Below, in pieces: positions 59,484 through 64,000 of a DNA stretch of 64,000 nucleotides. This DNA is from Candidatus Acidiferrales bacterium (GTDB lineage Bacteria; Acidobacteriota; Terriglobia; Acidiferrales; UBA7541). The stretch lies in assembly GCA_049523255.1 (NCBI GenBank), contig JBEKNB010000002.1, positions 157,867 to 221,866 of the forward strand, read 5' to 3'. Both the position numbers and the translations under genes were made by a program. The notes under the pieces were generated by a model, which was given only the letters and a program-made list of their open reading frames with translations, had not been told where the DNA came from and did not search any database. Position 1 is the stretch's first letter; every line of letters begins with the position of its first letter.

Positions 59484-60499
59484 CATTGGCGTACCGCTGG
59501 AACGGAGTGCTGCGGGCCGCTCTGTGCGTGGCTGTGATTTCATCGTGGGCGCCGCTGCGGGCGGGCGCGCGCGCGGCGGATACGCCGGGCGCGATTCAGA
59601 TGGCGCAGAGACAGTTCAACCAGGGAAACTATGCAGGCGCGATTTCCACGCTGCAGCCGGCCGTTTCCCAGAGCCCGCCGAGCGCGGAGGCGTTTTACTG
59701 GCTCGGACGCAGCTATTATGAGCTTCGCGACTTCGACAACGCCGTCGCGAGCGCCGAAAGGTCGGTCGCGCTCGATCCTAAGAACTCGGTCTATCACCAG
59801 TGGCTCGGCCGCGCGTACGGCGAAAAGGCCGACATCGACCGGAGTTTTTCGCTCGCGAGAAAAGTGAAGAAGGAGTTTCAGGCGGCGGCCGGCCTGAATC
59901 CATCCAACATCGCCGCGCGGCGCGATCTCGAGGAGTACTGCCTCGACGCCCCGTGGATCGCGGGCGGGAGCAAGGATGAGGCGCTCCAGCAGGTCAACGC
60001 GATTGCGGCAGTCGATCCGGTCGAAGGCCACCTGGCGCGAGCGCTTTACGATCGGGAAGGCCTGAAAAACAACGAGCAGGCCGAAAGCGAATACCGCCAG
60101 GTTCTCAGCGCGCAAACAAAAAATCTTGACGCGTACTTCGAGGTCGCCGACTTCTTCGCGGCCCAGAACAGGCCGGCCGACATGGAGACGGCGATCCAGG
60201 CGGCGGCTCAGGTGAGTGCCAGCGACCCGCGCATCGCATTTTACCGCGGTGTGGAGGACGTCCTTGCGAAACAGAATCTGCCGGGCGCCGAGCAGAGCCT
60301 GAAGTCGTATCTCGCAAGCACGCCAGAAAGAAGCGATTGGCCGGCGCACGCGTCCGCGCGAATATGGCTCGGAAGGCTTTACGAGGCCCAAGGGAAGCGC
60401 GCTGAGGCGGCGGAGCAATATCGAGCGGCGCTGCAATTGGAACCGAGGCGAAAGGATGCGCGCGCGAGCCTCGAGAAGCTCGAGAAAGGCTCGCAGTAG
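59480..60499 (+). CDS. exported tetratricopeptide-repeat protein
   Basis: 339 aa with a signal peptide and several TPR units (AEAFYWLGRSYYELRDFDNAV, YHQWLGRAYGEKAD...). The ATGA overlaps the adaptor gene's stop. Confidence 0.8.
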   Translation: MTLAYRWNGVLRAALCVAVISSWAPLRAGARAADTPGAIQMAQRQFNQGNYAGAISTLQPAVSQSPPSAEAFYWLGRSYYELRDFDNAVASAERSVALDPKNSVYHQWLGRAYGEKADIDRSFSLARKVKKEFQAAAGLNPSNIAARRDLEEYCLDAPWIAGGSKDEALQQVNAIAAVDPVEGHLARALYDREGLKNNEQAESEYRQVLSAQTKNLDAYFEVADFFAAQNRPADMETAIQAAAQVSASDPRIAFYRGVEDVLAKQNLPGAEQSLKSYLASTPERSDWPAHASARIWLGRLYEAQGKRAEAAEQYRAALQLEPRRKDARASLEKLEKGSQ

Positions 60500-60536
60500 G
60501 CGCGCGACCGGAAAGGTGTTCGCGCGGACTCCTTCG

Positions 60537-61781
60537 ATGATCAGCATGCGAAACACGCGGGCCCTCTGGAGCGAAATATTCCAGCTCGCGATCCAGGCGC
60601 TGCGCGCGAATAAGGTCCGCTCGCTGCTGACCATGCTGGGCGTCGTGATCGGGAGCGCGTCGATTGTGCTGGTGGTCACGGTCGCGCTTGCAGGCAGGCG
60701 CTACATCGTCGCGCAGATCGAAGGCATCGGCTCGAATCTGGTCTATGCGCAGCTCCTCGGTTCCGGGGAGTCCGAGGCCTTGACGCTCGCGGACCGCCTG
60801 ACGCCCGCCGATCTGACGGCGGTCAAAGAAGGGCTGCCGCAGCTTGTGATCAACGCCGCCGCGACCAACTGGCTCTCGACGACGGTGGACGTGAACGGCC
60901 GGGCGCGCACGATCAATCTGGTCGGCGTAACCGAAGACTTCGAGAAGATCCGCAACCTAGAAATTCTTCGCGGGCGTTACTTCGGTCAGGACGATCTCCA
61001 CTCCCGCACGAAGGTGTGCCTCCTGACCGAGGAGCTGGCCCGGCGCGTGTTTCCCTACGAAAATCCCGTCGGCCGGGATATCCGCGTGGGCGAACTTGAT
61101 TTCACGGTCATCGGTGTGTTCCGGGAGCGAGCGGCCACGCTTGCTCAGACGGAGATCACAAAGGAATCGGTACTTGTGCCGTTTTTCCTGCTGCGGAGTT
61201 ACACGGGCAACGACAGTTTCGCGACGCTCTACGCGCGGGCGGACACCGCGGACGACGTACCCACCGTCACCCGCCAGGTCGCCGAAATTCTTCGAAGCCG
61301 CCATCGTCCGGGCGCGCATTACAGCGTCCAGAACCTCGCCGGGATTCTCGAGACGGCGCGGAATATCGCGCTGGCGGTGACCGTCGTTTTGGTGCTGCTC
61401 GCGCTGATCGCGCTCACGATCGGCGGCGTCGGGATCATGAACATCATGCTGGTTACGGTGATCGAGCGGACGCGCGAGATCGGAATCCGCAAGGCCATCG
61501 GCGCGACGCGAGACGCCATCCGCTACCAGTTCCTAATGGAAGCGATGGTGATCAGCGGGATGGGGGCACTCGCCGGAATCTTCATCGCGATCTCGATTCC
61601 GGCGCTCCTCAATTTTCTGATCGGTTTTTTCCCGGATGCGGGAGATGTTCACGCTCCCGTATCATGGGTCTCGGTGGTTCTTGCGTTTGTAGTATCCTGC
61701 TCGACGGGTCTGATATTCGGTTATTTGCCGGCGAACCGCGCCGCCGGACTTGATCCTGCGCAATCGCTCCATCATGAATGA
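60537..61781 (+). CDS. MacB/FtsX-type ABC transporter permease (no ATPase domain)
   Basis: 414 aa from ATG 60537, with an N-terminal TM helix, a large periplasmic domain and a C-terminal FtsX 3-TM bundle (ERTREIGIRKAIGA). Confidence 0.85.
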   Translation: MISMRNTRALWSEIFQLAIQALRANKVRSLLTMLGVVIGSASIVLVVTVALAGRRYIVAQIEGIGSNLVYAQLLGSGESEALTLADRLTPADLTAVKEGLPQLVINAAATNWLSTTVDVNGRARTINLVGVTEDFEKIRNLEILRGRYFGQDDLHSRTKVCLLTEELARRVFPYENPVGRDIRVGELDFTVIGVFRERAATLAQTEITKESVLVPFFLLRSYTGNDSFATLYARADTADDVPTVTRQVAEILRSRHRPGAHYSVQNLAGILETARNIALAVTVVLVLLALIALTIGGVGIMNIMLVTVIERTREIGIRKAIGATRDAIRYQFLMEAMVISGMGALAGIFIAISIPALLNFLIGFFPDAGDVHAPVSWVSVVLAFVVSCSTGLIFGYLPANRAAGLDPAQSLHHE

Positions 61782-63105
61782 CATCGCGAATCGCTTGCGA
61801 AGCATGAACACAAAAGGCCGCCGCTTTTCCATGCTGATAGCGGTCCTGCTGCTCTCCGTTGCCGGGCCTGCGCGCGGCCAGGACGCGCAAACTCTGACCC
61901 TGCACCAGGCGATCACGCTCGCCTTGCAGAACAGCCGCGACCTGAAGCTGGCGCGCGTGCAATACAACGTCGCGCTCAACGAGGCTGGAGTGGATCGTGC
62001 GGCGTTCCTTCCGAACGTGTATACCGGTTCGGGCGCGGCCTACACGCACGGCTTTCCGTCGCTTCCCGGCGGCCAGGCGCCCGCAGTCTTCGAACTGGAC
62101 TACACGCAGACGCTTTTCAATCCGTTGCTGAAAGCCCAACAGCACGCGGCGGAAGAACGGGCCAAGAACCAGAAGCTCGAGATGGACCGGGTGCGCGACG
62201 ACGTCATCGTGCGCACTGCGGCCGGCTATCTCGAGTTGGCGAACGTGCGGCATTCGCTGGAACTGATGCGCAACGAGCAGGTCAGCGCCGAGAAGATTCT
62301 GGGAGTGGTTCGCGAGCGAGTTGCGGCGAACCAGGAACTTCCCATCGAAATCACGCGCAGCGAGCTGGCGGCGGCTCGCGTCGAAGAGCGCATCGTGAAA
62401 CTCGAGGGCCGCGAGGAGGCGCTTGCCGCGCAGATCCGCGACCTGACGGGCGTTCCGGACGGCCAGTCTGTCGAGGTCGACCAGGAGGAGCCGTCGTTTG
62501 CGACCAACGCCCAGCAGAGCGAGCTGGTGAGCCTGGCGCTACAGAACGATCGCAGCGTCGAAGAGGCCGAAAACGAGCGCGCCGCCCGCGAGAAAATCCT
62601 GCGGGGCGCGCAGTGGAGCTATTTCCCGACCGTGGATCTGGTAGGCCAGTACACTGTCCTCAGCAAGTTCAACAACTACAGCGAGTTTTACCGGGCGTTC
62701 GAGCGCAACAACGTCAACGTGGGCGTGCAGGTCACGATTCCGCTGTTTGCCGCGAAGACTTCGGCGAACGTGGCGCTCGCGCGAAGCCAGCTGAACGCCG
62801 CCGAACTGACGCTGGGCAACACGCGCCAGGGAATCCGCGCCGATGTCGAGCAGAAGGCCCGCAGTGTGCGCGAACTCGATGCCACCCGCGAAGTGGCGCG
62901 CCTTGATCTGCAGCTCGCCCAGGAAACGCTGCAGCTGACGCAGGTCCGGTTCGACCAGGGCCGCGCGACGCTCCAGGAAATAGAACAGGCCCGCCTGGAC
63001 GAGAGCGACAAGTGGGTCGCCTTCCTGGACGCGAATTTCGCCCGGCAGCGGGCCCAGCTCACGCTCCTCCAGGCGACCGGGCAGTTAGCCAAGGTTTTTC
63101 AATGA
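61774..63105 (+). CDS. TolC-family outer-membrane efflux protein
   Basis: About 443 aa with a signal peptide, then LTLHQAITLALQNSRDLKLA and duplicated helical/beta repeats. The start is 61774 (8-nt overlap) or 61804. Confidence 0.85.
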   Translation: MNDIANRLRSMNTKGRRFSMLIAVLLLSVAGPARGQDAQTLTLHQAITLALQNSRDLKLARVQYNVALNEAGVDRAAFLPNVYTGSGAAYTHGFPSLPGGQAPAVFELDYTQTLFNPLLKAQQHAAEERAKNQKLEMDRVRDDVIVRTAAGYLELANVRHSLELMRNEQVSAEKILGVVRERVAANQELPIEITRSELAAARVEERIVKLEGREEALAAQIRDLTGVPDGQSVEVDQEEPSFATNAQQSELVSLALQNDRSVEEAENERAAREKILRGAQWSYFPTVDLVGQYTVLSKFNNYSEFYRAFERNNVNVGVQVTIPLFAAKTSANVALARSQLNAAELTLGNTRQGIRADVEQKARSVRELDATREVARLDLQLAQETLQLTQVRFDQGRATLQEIEQARLDESDKWVAFLDANFARQRAQLTLLQATGQLAKVFQ

Positions 63106-63204
63106 GATGCATCGAAAAAAGGTTAGCTTTGGCCGAGATACGGAATAGATTAGAATGAATGTTTGAACATGTCCTGTTTGCCATTCTGTGAGGGAGATAG
63201 ATAA

Positions 63205-64000
63205 ATGGCGTCCGTCATGAAAACGCTGTTGCTGAACCCGCCGAGCTTCGACAAGTTTGACGGCGGCGCAGGCTCTCGCTGGCCTGCCACGCGGGAGATC
63301 GAGTCCTACTGGTACCCGGTCTGGCTCGCTTATGCCGCAGGCATGCTGCCAGGAAGCCGCCTGCTCGACGGTCCGCCGCACCACATCTCCCCCGCCGAAG
63401 TGATCCGCACGGCGCAGGATTACGAGTTCCTCGTGCTGTTTACATCCACGGTTGGCTTCAACGCCGACCTCCGCATGGTACGCGCCATGAAGGAGAAGAA
63501 GCCGGACCTGAAGGTCGCCTTCGTGGGCCCGCACGTCCAGATCAAGCCGGCGGAGAGCCTTCTCGCAAGCTCCGATATCGACTTTGTCGTGCGCGGAGAG
63601 TTCGATCACGCCGTCGTGGAATACGCGCAGGGAAAGCCTCTTTCGGAGATCGGGAACGCCAGCTACATTGTGGACGGCAAGGTGATCCACAACCCCTCGC
63701 GTCCGCCGTTGCAGACCGAGGAACTCGATGCTCTGCCTTTTGCCACCGACGTCTATCAGCAGAATTTGACGATCGAAAGCTACAACGTCCCGTTCCTGCT
63801 GCACCCGTTCATTTCGTTCTATACGGCGCGCGGTTGTCCGGCGCTCTGCACGTTCTGCCTGTGGCCCCAGACGCTTTCCGGGCACGCCTGGCGCACGCGA
63901 TCGGTCGAAAACGTCGCGCGGGAATTCCGCCAGGCTCACAAGATGTTCCCGCAGGCGAAGGAGTTCTTTTTCGACGACGACACGTTCAACATCCGCAAGG
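63205..64000 (+). CDS. hpnJ: B12-binding-domain radical SAM protein, HpnJ-like (N-terminal part, runs off the window)
   Basis: My own translation from ATG 63205 (GAGGGAG RBS) is open to the window end. The N-terminus reads MASVMKTLLLNPPSFDKFDGGAGSRWPATREIESYWYPVWLAY. The radical SAM motif is CPALCTFC. It resembles the hopanoid-associated HpnJ N-terminus as I remember it. Confidence 0.65.
   Translation, partial: MASVMKTLLLNPPSFDKFDGGAGSRWPATREIESYWYPVWLAYAAGMLPGSRLLDGPPHHISPAEVIRTAQDYEFLVLFTSTVGFNADLRMVRAMKEKKPDLKVAFVGPHVQIKPAESLLASSDIDFVVRGEFDHAVVEYAQGKPLSEIGNASYIVDGKVIHNPSRPPLQTEELDALPFATDVYQQNLTIESYNVPFLLHPFISFYTARGCPALCTFCLWPQTLSGHAWRTRSVENVAREFRQAHKMFPQAKEFFFDDDTFNIRK

Noticed and set aside
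59540-60679. 379-aa minus-strand ORF antisense to the TPR gene
   Set aside because: This Arg-rich shadow ORF has no motifs. The plus-strand TPR gene has clear repeat units and translational coupling to its neighbour.
63085-63939. 284-aa minus-strand ORF listed in the ORF track
   Set aside because: The plus strand encodes a clean radical SAM/B12-binding protein with an RBS and a CxxxCxxC motif. It is missing from the track only because it runs off the window. The minus ORF is its shadow.

Overview
This is a high-GC bacterial chromosomal segment. The protein families present suggest Acidobacteriota, which is inference only: a CarboxypepD_reg-type TonB-dependent receptor, an acidobacterial-style VWA protein and many exported hypotheticals. 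I call 56 protein-coding genes (two cut by the window edges) and one frameshifted gene. I also call one initiator tRNA-Met, a long type-A RNase P RNA, several hairpin terminators and two families of intergenic repeats. Most of the content is ordinary housekeeping or metabolism: ClC channel, dtd, ppsA, ligA, uvrD/pcrA-type helicase, purS, add, aldo/keto reductases, ABC and MacA/TolC-type efflux parts, and an hpnJ-like radical SAM gene at the right edge. I saw no CRISPR array, transposase, integrase, prophage, toxin-antitoxin pair or recognisable defence gene, so I cannot claim a clear novel system. Five things are most worth a second look. (1) A six-gene envelope cluster at 44.7-48.5 kb encodes a small protein with His-His at its predicted mature N-terminus, three tandem 4-TM paralogues and a lipoprotein with a cupredoxin-like His/Cys/His/Met motif. 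(2) A sortase, a VWA protein and an LPKTAS-signal substrate lie together at 49.7-52.1 kb. (3) A structured repeat with conserved ends and variable hairpin cores occurs three times, each time between convergent genes, with one compensatory base-pair change between copies. (4) A degenerate modular repeat of about 66 nt occurs as a tandem array at 35.6 kb and as one unit inside an ABC-transporter operon at 56.4 kb. (5) The RNase P RNA is about 561 nt. All gene starts were chosen by eye from RBS and overlap logic and are approximate. Family assignments come from motif recognition, not from searches.
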